A DNA stretch of 64,000 bases from an uncultured Verrucomicrobiae bacterium (GCA_963813025.1 CAWEXO010000008.1:196515-260514), one strand, 5' to 3'; shown: positions 27,990-39,053, counted from the first letter of the stretch. Numbers and translations: made by a program. Notes: generated by a model not told the origin, from the sequence alone.

Positions 27990-30900
27990 TCATGTGAGGC
28001 ATAACGCGTCCAGAATTTTAGCTCGAAGGCGCTGAGCGGGCAGGTCCTTTGGATTCGCGACGAGCGCCTTATCAATCGCAGCCAGCGCGAGTTCCGGCCG
28101 GTGTTGCGCCAGTAGCATCTCGCCGGCGCGCGTGCAGAAAGCGCTGTTTTTCGGGAGCCGCGCCAAGCCGAATGAGCGAAGAAAGTCGGCGCGCTTGGAG
28201 TCGGTTTCAAACCCCGCCAGCGCGATATGAAGCAATGGATGATCGGGAAGAAAAACTAAAGCGTTTCGCAGCCATTGTTCGGTTACATTTGGATTTGTCA
28301 GAAGAGCGTTGTCCACCCACTCGACAACTTTGACGTCGCTCGCCGGAAAGATCGTTCGATCACTTCCGGTACTGAAAAACCACCGTAGAAAGCGCGCATT
28401 CGGACCGGAGCTCTTGCGCTAAGGCCTTCAATTGTCTCGTCAGCTGCGATCTGCGTTCCTCATCGACCGCTACGAGCGAGCCATCGTCTGAAAATTTGAG
28501 TCCGCTTGCGACAATCGAGAGCGATTCGACTTGCAACTCTGGGGAACCGGCCATCGAACCAGAGAAGCGCGTTCTCGCTGCGTCGCCATCCGACTCTTTC
28601 AGCTGTCGGGCCAGCGCTACCGGAGTTGCCGCGTCCCAGAGTTTAGCAGTTTTGTCCCAGCTCGCGGTCAGGATCCGAGCACCGTCCGGACTAAATGCCG
28701 CCCATCGGACAGTATCCTGATGGTCAAAGGAGGCGATGAGCTTGCCCGAGACTGCATCCCAGAGCTTGGCGGTGTTGTCTGCGCTGGCCGTCAGGATCCG
28801 AGCGCCGTCCGGACTAAACGCCCCGTGGTACACACTCGCCTGATGGACGAAAGTGGCGATAAGCTTGCCTGAAGCCGCATCCCAGAGCTTGGCGGTTTTG
28901 TCCAAGCTCGCTGTCAGGATCCGGGCACCATTCGGACTAAATGCCGCTTGCAAGACCTCATCCTGATGGTCGAAGGAGGCGAGGAGCTTGCCCGAGGCCG
29001 CGTCCCAAAGCCCGGCGCTGTGATCTGCGCTTGCCGTCAGGATCCGAGCACCGTCCGGACTAAACGCCGCGTCATAGACCGCATCTTGGTGGTCGAAGGA
29101 GCCGATGAGCTTGCCCGAGGCCGCATCCCAGAGCTTGGCGGATCTGTCTGCGCTGGCCGTCAGGATCCGAGCACCGTTCCGGACTGAACGCCGCATCGTT
29201 GACCGCATCCTGGTGGTCAAAGGAGGCGATGAGTTTGCCCGAGGCCGTATCCCAGAGCTTGGCGGTCTTGTCTTTGCTTGCTGTCAGGATCCGAGCACCG
29301 TCCGGACTAAACGCCGCCGCGTTGACCCCATCCTGGTGAGCAAAGGAGGCGACGAGCTTGCCCGAGGCCGCATCCCAGAGCTTGGCGGTTTTGTCCGCGC
29401 TCGCCGTCAGGATCCGGGTCACCGTCGGGACTAAACGCCGCATCGGTGACCCCATCCTGATGGTCAAACGAGCCGATCAGCTTCCCGGAGGTCGCATCCC
29501 AAAGCTTGGCGGTTTTGTCTGCGCTCCCCGTCAGGATCCGAGCGCCGTCCCGACTGAACGCCGCGCGATAGAGACCATCCTGATGCGTAAAAGAGGTGAC
29601 GGGTTCGCCACGAGGCCACTTCCCAGAGTTTGACAGTTTTGTCCCAGCTTGCCGTCAGGACTCGAGCACCGTCCGGACTAAACGCCGCGCGTCTCAACAC
29701 TCTCCTGATGGGCAAAGGAGGCGATGAGCTTGCCCGAGGCCGCATCCCAGAGCTTGGCAGTTTTGTCCCAGCTTGCCGTCAGGATCCGAGCGCCGTCCGG
29801 GACTGAACACCGCGTCGAGACCACATCCTGATGGGCAAAGGAGGCGATGAGCTTGCCCGAGGCCGCATCCCAGAGCTTGGCGGTTTTGTCCCCGCTCGCC
29901 GTCAGGATCTGAGCGCCGTCCGGACTAAACACCGCGTCGTAGACCGCATCCTGGTGGACGAAGGAGGCGATGCAGCTTGCCCGAGGCCACATCCCAAAGC
30001 TTGGCGGTTCTGTCTCTGCTTGCCGTCAGGATCCGAGCGCCGTCCGGACTAAACGCTCCGCGGTACACAGCTGGCCTGATGTTTGAAAGACGCGATCAGT
30101 TGGCCAGAGGCCGCATCCCAGAGCCTGGCGGTTTTGTCCGCGCTTGCCGTCAGGATCCGAGCGCCGTCGGGACTAAACGCGCGCCGTTGACCTCATCCTG
30201 ATGGTCAAACGAGGCGATCAGTTTCCCCGAGGCCGCATCCCAGAGCTTGGCAGTGTGATCCGCGCTCGCGGTCAGGATCCGCGCACCGTCCGGACTAAAC
30301 GCCGCAGTGTTAACCGTACCCTGATGGGCAAAGACAACGATGAGCTTGCCCGAGGCCGCATCCCAGAGCTTCGCAGTTTTATCCCAGCTTGCGGTCAGAA
30401 TCCGAGCGCCGTCCGGACTAAACACCGCGTCGACGACCACATCCTGATAGGCAAAGGAGGCGACCAACGGCGGCAGCGCCTTTTCACGATGAACGATCAG
30501 TTCTTGGAAGAATCGTTCTGAAGCAACTTGATTTTGCGGGTCGAACTTGATCGCACGCGCAAGAAGAGCGATGCCCTCCCGCCACTCCCCCAACTGAAAC
30601 TGACGCTCGGCTTGGTTAAAGCTCGCCCAGCTCGCCTGCCGCAATTGTTCCTGCAGCTTCGCCGTGACCTGCGCTTCAGACTTAAACGCTTGGGCCGCCG
30701 TCCGACGCTGGCGTTCAGCCCGAAGCCATTGAAACCCGGCGACGATCGCGAGAACAGTGATCGCGGCCATCACCGCGTAACGAATCCGTTCTTGGACCTT
30801 GTTTGCGCCGTTTCCGCTCGCAAGTGCTCGCTTGGATGTATTCAATCTGTTCACGGCTGAGCGACGGTTCAAAGTCTCTGACTAATTTTTCGCCTTCCGC

Positions 30901-33062
30901 CAGGGGAAGTCCGGGCCCGAGCAGGTCATCCTTTTGTTGTCCGCGGCTCTGCCAGAGCTTCAGGCTGGAATCCAGGCGGTCCCGCATCCGCAGGAACTCG
31001 CGGTTTTCTTTCAGCCATTCTTTGACGCGTTGCCATTCGCGCAGCAGCGCTTCGTGCGCGACGCTCACGGTCACCTCTCCCTGCGGATCGGTGTCCGCGA
31101 CCAACAGACGTTTCTCAATGAATAGATCCACAAAGCCTTTCGCGCCGGCTTTTTGATTGTGGCGGATCCCTTCTGATGTCGACGAAATCACGATAAGGCA
31201 CCGTCCGCCGGTTGGGCACTTCTTCTTCGCCCTGGCCCAACGTGACAAGATGCCGCATGACTACAGGAAACGCCTTTTGTTCGTGCGGTCGCAAAGTGCT
31301 GAACACCCTCTCGGCATGCTTGGCCAGCGCGCCTTTCAATTCCCCGAGTTCGCGATAGTCCGACCACGCGAAGCAAGTCGTCACCTCGGGCGCCTGCTCC
31401 TCGTAAAGCAGTGACAAAACATGTTCGAGCAAGGGCAAGGATTCCGGTGTCGCACGAGGCAGCATCGCGCAGCGCTTGATCCAGGCGTTGGCCCGTCTCT
31501 CGCTCTTGCTCGAAGCGCAGACCGGCCGCTTCGGCCGGCAGCCGAATCATGTTACCGATCTCGTAGGCGGTGGGAGGCCGAAGGTCGACTTTTCCAGCCG
31601 GCTTGGTGAGCTCGATCAGATCCGGGAACTGCTGATACCAAGAGTAAAAGTCGCTCCGTAACGTTGCCAGGACAAAGACTCGACCGCTCCGAACCAAACC
31701 AGCAATCGCGGAAATATATTTCTGCCGAATCTCCGGTGAAAAGCCGGTCGTGAACAATTCTTCCAACTGGTCAACCACCAAAGCCAAACGGGCTTTCGGT
31801 AGCTCCAGCCTCTCCCTCTGCTGCCGAGCCAGGTCCGCGTCGTCCGATCTTCCTGATCCCCGCAGTTGCCGCTCTCTTTCCTCCAAGATAATGCGAATGC
31901 TCGATTTTCCACTCTCGCGCGGCGTGATCGAGCGCGTCCCGGACCCGAAGCGCGACGCTGTCGGAGTGTTCCCTCAATTCGGTCGCCAAATCACGGACTG
32001 CGTTTAGCGATTCCGGGTCCTCCAAGGCCGGCAGCGCAGCTGGACTCCAGCAGCGCGGCTGCCAAAGCATCGAAGCAATCACCATCGCCTCCGCCGGCTC
32101 CTGGTCTGGTCACCGCCCGCCGCCAGAGCCCAATTCCTTCAATCGTTTCGGGTTGCGTTAGCAACGGAAGCACGCCCGCTCGCACCAGCGAGCTTTTTCC
32201 GGAGCCGCTCGCACCCACGACCAGCACAAACGGCCGTTGCGCTCTGACTTGCACTTCCAAGGCCTCCAACACTGCCCCGATTGCCTTCGTTCTGCCGTGA
32301 AAGATGGGCGCGTGTTCGAAATCGAAAACCTCCAGTCCGCGGAATGGGTTTTCTTTCCAACGCCGGGCCTGGCGGCCCCGACCGATCAATTGGCGTTGGC
32401 GTTCGCGGGAAACCTGTGTGGAGAGGAAATCCCGAAAATGCTCTCGAAACAGGCGCTCGAACTCTTCGAGATTGTAATAATTGTTGAATGCACCAATGAA
32501 CTGGCCCTCGCCGTCTTTTAGCCAAGACTCGAAAAACGCGTTGAGCGCCTTCCACTGCCGAAGAAATTCTTCGAGTTTTTCCGGCGAATCGAGCGGAGGG
32601 TTCGGCTGGCTCCGGTTGCGATATACGTGCAGCGCCGGAATGCCGGGCGTCTTTTTACGCTGTGCCACAGCCCAGGCAATCTCGAAGTCCGTTCCGGATC
32701 GAGGCTCACTCCCGTCCGGCATCTGAAATCGAGGATGCAATTTTGTGCCGAGGCGGGACCATAGGATACAAATGACCAAGTCGAATTGGGCCGTATTTGG
32801 GATTTGGTCCTGATAGCCGAGTTCTGGTGAAAACCGCTGGTATTCCCAGAAGTAGGGACAAAGAATCAGCTCGCTGGATTCCGGTTCGATCAGAACTATC
32901 CGGCGATTCCAGGGATTGTTCGTCGCGTAGAAGATTCGAATACTGAACACTGACCGGAATTCCCAGTTCTTCCGCGGTCACGCGAATCAGCCGGTCCGCA
33001 ATCGTTCGCTCTGCCCGGACGTCTCCTGGGGAAGAAACAAAAACCCGGATAGTCTTCATCAT
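27990..33062 (-). CDS. NLR-like protein: DUF4062/TIR-like + nSTAND1-type NTPase + TM + 15 WD40 repeats + TPR (many frameshifts as assembled)
   Basis: [48 protein letters not shown]; Walker [10 protein letters not shown]; Walker [60 protein letters not shown]40 array; helical/TPR C-terminus. Pieces are collinear across frames. Confidence 0.85.
28624..30467 (-). repeat. Tandem array of 15 highly similar ~123-bp WD40-coding repeats
   Basis: Unit [41 protein letters not shown] (41 aa); the span of about 1845 bp equals 15 x 123. Confidence 0.9.
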
Positions 33063-33301
33063 GTTACGGAACGCCGAAGGTCCGCTTGACCCCCATTCCT
33101 GAAGCTGCAATGAACTATCAATCGGCGAAGCCGCGTCGCTCTTTACCGGATGACATTCTCAGATTCGAGGCAGTGAAGGCAAGGAAATCCCAGACGTATC
33201 TGGCAATCCAAACTGCCGTCTCAAGGACCTCATCCGAGGGCGCTTCCAGTCGTTAAAGAAGTGGAGGAACAGGGACTGGAACCTACGGTCGGAGTGCAAC
33301 C

Positions 33302-33688
33302 TCACTTCCAGAGCACGTACCTGCCACCATTGGTGCAAACGATGACCAGATTCATCAGGACGAGCATAAGGTCGTAATGCCAGCCAGATGCCTTTTCGCC
33401 CCAGAACCCTGTGTGCCAGACGAAGATCTTCCGGTGGATTGCTCCCAGCATGACCAGTATCATACCGATCGCGGCAAGTTGCGTGAGCACGCCGAAGGCT
33501 ACTCCCAGCCCACCGGCAAGTTCCACCACGCCCAGAAACATTGTGAAGGCCGGGCTCATGCCGATGCTCTGCGCGCGGCCTTTAGGGTCTCTGAGGTGGC
33601 TCCAGCCGCTGGTGACAAAGATTGCCGCCACCATAAGCCGCAGCAGCAGCAAGCTGAGGTTAGTGAACTGCGCGAGTTGTGGGAACAT
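33302..33688 (-). CDS. DoxX family membrane protein
   Basis: LLLRLMVAAIF..SG..H, ELAGGL...G.LT, GWHYDL. Confidence 0.88.
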   Translation of the reverse strand: MFPQLAQFTNLSLLLLRLMVAAIFVTSGWSHLRDPKGRAQSIGMSPAFTMFLGVVELAGGLGVAFGVLTQLAAIGMILVMLGAIHRKIFVWHTGFWGEKASGWHYDLMLVLMNLVIVCTNGGRYVLWK

Positions 33689-33745
33689 CAGTATCTCCTC
33701 TCTCGCACCTATCGGCCGCCGTCGATGTTGGTGGTTTGCCAGAGC

Positions 33746-34243
33746 TCAAAGATTCATTGTTATGTTCGAGCCATTTAGAAGCGTCTGGTAAACAACGCAA
33801 TACCGCTCTGTCAATGCCAGGAGTTTCTCTCGCTCGCTGGAGCTCGCATCGGTATCCAATGAAATGCGAAGTCGGATCTGCCTGAAACCAACCGGGACAT
33901 CCTTCGCGACGGCTAAGGTACCCCGGAAATCGAGATCGCCTTCCGCTGTCACAGCGCCACCACGTAACTCAATGCCGAGAGCCGTGGCGACTGCGCCGAC
34001 GGTCACGCCGGTGCAGGCCACCAGCGCTTGCAGAAGCATGTCACCTGAGCAAGCCGTCATATCAGTACCACCCGCAGCAGGGTGAAGGCCAGCTGCTACG
34101 AGGGAGTCGTTTGTTGCGATGCTACACGTGGCGTTCTCTCCGAGAGTGCCTTTGGCCCGAAGGGTCACAAGCGCGGACGTCGGATCGGTAAGATACCTCT
34201 GTTTCACGGGAGCCTGCATGGCTCTTAGTTGATCGCGGTCCAT
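33746..34243 (-). CDS. OsmC-family protein
   Basis: GLHPAAGG, CSGDMLLQALVACTGVT, GDLDFRGTL, LTERYCVVYQTL. Confidence 0.9.
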   Translation of the reverse strand: MDRDQLRAMQAPVKQRYLTDPTSALVTLRAKGTLGENATCSIATNDSLVAAGLHPAAGGTDMTACSGDMLLQALVACTGVTVGAVATALGIELRGGAVTAEGDLDFRGTLAVAKDVPVGFRQIRLRISLDTDASSSEREKLLALTERYCVVYQTLLNGSNITMNL

Positions 34244-34349
34244 ACAAAAACGTTCTTTGACTCGAAAGGCTTTTTCATGCAAGCGGCGATCCCCGTACAA
34301 GCTTGAGAGATAATGCAACCAGAGAGCTAGTGCGCCGACACTTTCCCGT

Positions 34350-35468
34350 TCACCCATCCACATAGTCCTCGCGCCACGGCCGCAGCGGAGGAAGTACAGT
34401 TCCTTTTTCATCGAACAAGTGGACGAACCGATGGTCGACCGAAAATCGAACGTTTTCTCCGGGCCGAAGGCTGCGAATTCCGCGGATCGCCGCTGTGAGA
34501 TTTTCGCCGGATTGCAGATGGGCAAGAACCACTGTCTCGGAGCCGAGCATCTCAGTAGCGATGACGGTGCCCACAATCGAGCCGCGGTGGTCGGACAACG
34601 CGAGATGCTCTGGCCGGATCCCTACGGTGCAGTCCGCGTCGGCCACGCTCCCTGTTCCGTCCACAGCGGCATGAACAGCGCCGCGCCCGCCATCGACCGA
34701 TAAGCTCACTCCATCTCCGGTGACGGTTCGCATTTTTGCCTTCAACATATTCATTTGTGGGGTTCCGAGAAAAGCGGCAACAAATTGGTTCCGCGGTCGA
34801 GCATAGAGTTCGAGCGGCGTGCCGATCTGCTCGACCGACCCGTCGCGCAGAACGACGATCGTGTCGGCCATCGTCATGGCCTCCACCTGATCGTGAGTCA
34901 CATACACCATGGTCGACTTCAGCCGGCGATGCAGGCTGACTATCTCGCTCCGCATCTTGACACGTAGCTCCGCGTCGAGATTGGACAGGGGCTCGTCAAA
35001 GAGGAAAGCCTGCGGCTCTTTGACGATCGCCCGGCCGATCGCTACCCTTTGACTCTGACCACCGGAGAGCTGAGACGGCCGCCGGGCAAGAAGCTCCGAA
35101 ATTCGAAGGATCTCGGCTGCACGTCGGATGCGAGACTCGATCTCGGGCTTTGGCAGCTTCTGATTGGCCAGGCCAAAGCGGAGGTTCTCGTACACGCTCA
35201 TATGTGGGTAGAGAGCGTACGACTGAAACACCATTGCCATCCCCCGCGCCGACGGCAAAAGATGATCGCAGCGTACACCGCCGATATGCACTTCCCCGGA
35301 GGTCAACTCCTCAAGTCCGGCGATCATCCGTAGCAGGGTCGATTTCCCGCACCCGGAGGGACCGACAAAAACGGTGAAGGATCCGTCGTCGACCGTTAGA
35401 TTGACGCCGTGGATTACTTCGACGGATTGGAAGCTTTTGTGGACCCCCTTTAGCTCAAGCCTGGCCAT
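34350..35468 (-). CDS. Sugar ABC ATP-binding protein (MalK/UgpC-like)
   Basis: GPSGCGKST, LSGGQ, FDEPLSNLDA, VTHDQVEAM, TOBE C-terminus. Confidence 0.95.
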   Translation of the reverse strand: MARLELKGVHKSFQSVEVIHGVNLTVDDGSFTVFVGPSGCGKSTLLRMIAGLEELTSGEVHIGGVRCDHLLPSARGMAMVFQSYALYPHMSVYENLRFGLANQKLPKPEIESRIRRAAEILRISELLARRPSQLSGGQSQRVAIGRAIVKEPQAFLFDEPLSNLDAELRVKMRSEIVSLHRRLKSTMVYVTHDQVEAMTMADTIVVLRDGSVEQIGTPLELYARPRNQFVAAFLGTPQMNMLKAKMRTVTGDGVSLSVDGGRGAVHAAVDGTGSVADADCTVGIRPEHLALSDHRGSIVGTVIATEMLGSETVVLAHLQSGENLTAAIRGIRSLRPGENVRFSVDHRFVHLFDEKGTVLPPLRPWREDYVDG

Positions 35469-38133
35469 ATGCGTTCACTTCCAGGACCAGCCGATCACCA
35501 GATTGCAGTGTGTGTTGCCTTCCGAGTAGAATCACATCACCAGTCCGCTCGGCAGCACGGCCTTCCACGGTGGCCGCGCCCGCGAGTCCCGGCAGTCGAA
35601 GTCGTGATACCGCCAGTTTGCCACCCTTGACGATAAGCGTCACCGTCGGCCCTTTCAGTTCAACCACGCCCCAGCCCTGCCCGGCGGACCAAAAATAGAC
35701 GCCGTCGCCGGCGCGCGCAGGCCTGAAGCCGATTTCGCCGCGCCGTTGGTCGAACGAAAGACCAGAGTAAGCATTGACCAGAGCATAACTCGACAGCGCC
35801 CGGATGTAGTAGCTGCCGCACTCGATATCGTTCCACGGATTGCGTCGCGACCCGTCATAACGAGCGCGCGCCGCCCGCACGACGGCGAGACCCTCGTCGA
35901 CCATGCCACGCTGGATCAGGTGCGAGGCGATCGCGTATTCCAGCCCGGTCCACACCTCCTCCGCATAGGGAGCCGGCACTGCCGGCTTGGTTGTCCCCTC
36001 AGGCCAAGTGCAGACGAGAAGTCCGGCTTCGCCTTCGTAAGCATAAACGCGGCAAGGATTGAAATGATCAACGAGGCTCGAACGATAGTTTTCGTTAAAC
36101 ACCGAGTTGAGCGCCGTCCGTACCTTTTCCGGCGCGAGTAGATCGCCCAGGCCGGAGATATCGGCGTGCCACTGACCAAGGATCTGATCAGTGAGACAGC
36201 CCGCACCGACCTGGTATTTGATCTCGCCGTACTCGTCAGACCAGTACGCTTCCATGAATGAGTCACTGAGCACGCCGGCCTTGCGACGCTGAGCAAAGGG
36301 GACGAGCACCGAACGATCAAACAAATCGATCTTCTGGGTGTAGTAGCGGCCGTTGAAGAGCTCGCGATCGACATACACGCCGCCTTTTGTCGCCAGCTCG
36401 CGACACTCTTTCGCGAAAACCTCTTCATTCATCGCCTCCGCCATAATGGAGGCAGCCGTCAGCGCCGCGAGATACATCGTAGTTAGCCAGGAATTTGGGC
36501 CGAATAGTTCCATGTCGAGAGTGTGATGCTGGCGGCCCCATAGCACTCCGGTCTTGTCCGGATCCCATCTGTCCGGGTTATCCGGCGACCAGGCGTACTC
36601 CATCGCATGCCTGATATTCGGCCAATACCGCTTCAGCCACTGATCGTCACCGAGGTTCTTCCATTCGCGATAGGCTTTGACGATCGCGCCGAAATGTCCA
36701 TCCGCACATGGACCGATGATATCAAACCCGGAACCGAGAGGGAGCCTCTGGCGGAAGGTCAGGCCGCCGCTCGGCAACTGATTATAGGTTAACTCTGTTT
36801 CGCGCAGCGTTCGCTCAAGGGCCGGGAAGAGATTGGCGAGTGCTTGCTGATAGTTCCAGACATGCGTGCAGCTCCCCTCACAGGAGCCTTCCTGCGGATG
36901 CTGGCCCTCCCACCCCCAGATCTCACCCCCCTCCAGCCGGATCAGTGTCGCGGAACGGAGGATCCCAAGCGTGCCATTGACCGCATCAATGATCTCCGGC
37001 GGGAGGGATGAGCCGAAAATAGAATCACGGAAGGCGACGGTCTGCGCCTCGAGTGCGTCCCAACGCTTGAAAGCCTCCGTTCCGCTAGCTGCCGAATCGG
37101 GCCATTGAGTCGCGTAGTAGTTCTTCCACGTCGGGGGTCTGCCCTCGAACAATGGGCTGCCGGGCTGCTCGCGATTGAACCAGTAGATGCTGCCGAGCGG
37201 ATAATTCCAACTGATACCAAAGCGCACCTGCCGGGTCTCGCCAGGCGCGACGCGGACGCGCACTGCGAGCGTACCGTGCTCGGGCTGCTGGAACATATTC
37301 CTTACAGCGCGCGGTTTGTCATATTGCCGCTCCCGGAGGCGGCCTGCCCGCGCGAATTCTCGCCAGTAGAGGCTGAGACTATCGAACCACTGACCGCGGA
37401 AATGATAATCGACATGCTCAACGTCATTTTCGTCGGTGACGATTGCGAGATCGCCTCTTTGGTCCTCCGGATCTCCCGTATCGCACGAGGTAAAGTGCAG
37501 GAGGCTGAGCCCGTCTCTCTGGGTAAAAGTGTGGATACCGGTGTCGCACCCGTAATTACCCAGGGTCGAGGCGATCGTGTACTCAATCAGCGCGTCGGTG
37601 TCGTTCTCAACCGAGAAGGCGAACAGCGCGGCTGGCATCGAGGAGTCTCGGTCGTCGTGCGGGATGAACGGACTGAAAGCGATCATTCGTACGGTGCCCG
37701 GAAAGCTTGCTTGATGGAACTCGAGCTCGGCGACCGGAAAGCGACCGATGAACGTGACGTCCTCAAAGTGCGGAACTCCGGCCAGCGAATCGCGATTGGC
37801 GCCGAAACCAAATCCGTCGAACTTGCGTGCACCGGGCGAACCGGCCGGCGTTCCCTCATAGGGTCCGTTCAGGACACGAGCACCTAGTAAGTTACCCTCC
37901 TGCTCTGCCTTGATGGCGAAATGGCTGTACCCGTTGAACTGGCCGATCGCGGGTCGGTTGCGGATGCTCCAGTCGATTAGCCTGCCGCTCCCGGTCAACG
38001 ACACGCTGCCGGTTCCGATACCGCCTAGCGGAAAAGCGACGTATTTGCGCCTTTGGCCGCTGTAGACGAATCGATCGTCGATGGTGTTGGACGTCGGCAA
38101 CATGCCGCTGGATTTCCTGTGTTCTAATTTCAT
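35455..38133 (-). CDS. GH116 glycoside hydrolase (GBA2-like)
   Basis: FPLGGIGTGS, FSPFIPHD, GSCTHVWNY, HHTLDME, DQILGQW, EVWTGLEY, NPWNDIECGSYY. Confidence 0.9.
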   Translation of the reverse strand: MKLEHRKSSGMLPTSNTIDDRFVYSGQRRKYVAFPLGGIGTGSVSLTGSGRLIDWSIRNRPAIGQFNGYSHFAIKAEQEGNLLGARVLNGPYEGTPAGSPGARKFDGFGFGANRDSLAGVPHFEDVTFIGRFPVAELEFHQASFPGTVRMIAFSPFIPHDDRDSSMPAALFAFSVENDTDALIEYTIASTLGNYGCDTGIHTFTQRDGLSLLHFTSCDTGDPEDQRGDLAIVTDENDVEHVDYHFRGQWFDSLSLYWREFARAGRLRERQYDKPRAVRNMFQQPEHGTLAVRVRVAPGETRQVRFGISWNYPLGSIYWFNREQPGSPLFEGRPPTWKNYYATQWPDSAASGTEAFKRWDALEAQTVAFRDSIFGSSLPPEIIDAVNGTLGILRSATLIRLEGGEIWGWEGQHPQEGSCEGSCTHVWNYQQALANLFPALERTLRETELTYNQLPSGGLTFRQRLPLGSGFDIIGPCADGHFGAIVKAYREWKNLGDDQWLKRYWPNIRHAMEYAWSPDNPDRWDPDKTGVLWGRQHHTLDMELFGPNSWLTTMYLAALTAASIMAEAMNEEVFAKECRELATKGGVYVDRELFNGRYYTQKIDLFDRSVLVPFAQRRKAGVLSDSFMEAYWSDEYGEIKYQVGAGCLTDQILGQWHADISGLGDLLAPEKVRTALNSVFNENYRSSLVDHFNPCRVYAYEGEAGLLVCTWPEGTTKPAVPAPYAEEVWTGLEYAIASHLIQRGMVDEGLAVVRAARARYDGSRRNPWNDIECGSYYIRALSSYALVNAYSGLSFDQRRGEIGFRPARAGDGVYFWSAGQGWGVVELKGPTVTLIVKGGKLAVSRLRLPGLAGAATVEGRAAERTGDVILLGRQHTLQSGDRLVLEVNAYGQA

Positions 38134-38213
38134 TTTTGCCTGCTTGTGCCCGGGGGCTCCCTATCCTTGCGCTTTTCGCGATCGATGTGTCCAGCCTAGC
38201 GCAGCGGCTCGCA

Positions 38214-39053
38214 CTAGTTCTTAATGCCGCTCAACGTGACGCCTTCGATCACGAGTCTCTGGGCAAGAAGGAAGATCAGGATTACGGGCAGTACGGCCAT
38301 GCTCATGGCGGCCATGACCACGGAGAGATTGCCGGACGCCATATAACCGCGGAGAAGATCCATTGCGACCGGCAGGGTCATTGCCCGTTGCGGTTCAAGC
38401 AACACGCGTGCTTGGAAATAGTAGTTCCAAGTCTGAGTGAAAGTAATGATTCCCAGCGCGGAGAGCGCAGGTCTCAGTTGGGGCAGCGAAATGCGATAGA
38501 AGATTTTTAAATAGCCCGCTCCATCCATCAATGCCGCCTCTTCCAACGCCTTTGGCTGCGAAAGCATGAACTGTCGCACAAGAAATACACCAAAACTTGA
38601 TGTTAGATACATGAGCACGAGGCCGATCGGCTGATTCAGCAGTCCGACCTTGGCAAAGCCAAGGTAGATCGGGATGATGGTCACCTGCGCGGGGAACATT
38701 AGCCCTACGAGCATCACAAAAAAGATACTGTCTCGACCGGGAAAGGTCAGCCGCGCGAAGGCGAAGGCGGCCAGCGTGCAAGTAACGAGCTGGCCGAGCG
38801 TGACGAGCACGGCGACTTCGATGCTATTCCAATAGATCTGCAGGAAAGGGACGCTGGAATGCAGCACGGTCCAGTAGTTCTTAAAATCGAGGCTGGGCGG
38901 CAGGAAGCTCGGCGGCATTTTGTAGGCTTCCGCCGGTGATCGGAACGACATGCTGAACAACCAGGCAAAGGGCAAGAGCATGAACACGCCCAACACCGCC
39001 ATCACAGCAATGATAATCCGATCGATCCAACGCTTTGCGGCTTTGGTTTCCAT
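38214..39053 (-). CDS. Carbohydrate ABC permease
   Basis: LEEAALMDGAG EAA loop. Confidence 0.92.
   Translation of the reverse strand: METKAAKRWIDRIIIAVMAVLGVFMLLPFAWLFSMSFRSPAEAYKMPPSFLPPSLDFKNYWTVLHSSVPFLQIYWNSIEVAVLVTLGQLVTCTLAAFAFARLTFPGRDSIFFVMLVGLMFPAQVTIIPIYLGFAKVGLLNQPIGLVLMYLTSSFGVFLVRQFMLSQPKALEEAALMDGAGYLKIFYRISLPQLRPALSALGIITFTQTWNYYFQARVLLEPQRAMTLPVAMDLLRGYMASGNLSVVMAAMSMAVLPVILIFLLAQRLVIEGVTLSGIKN

Noticed and set aside
28624..30467. Regular repeat array as a CRISPR array or DGR template
   Set aside because: Units are contiguous 123-bp WD40-coding repeats with no unique spacers. There is no cas or reverse transcriptase gene in the window.
24808..33062. Programmed frameshifting or phase variation as the cause of split ORFs
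   Set aside because: There are too many scattered indels across unrelated genes and no long slippage tracts. Sequencing error or decay is simpler.
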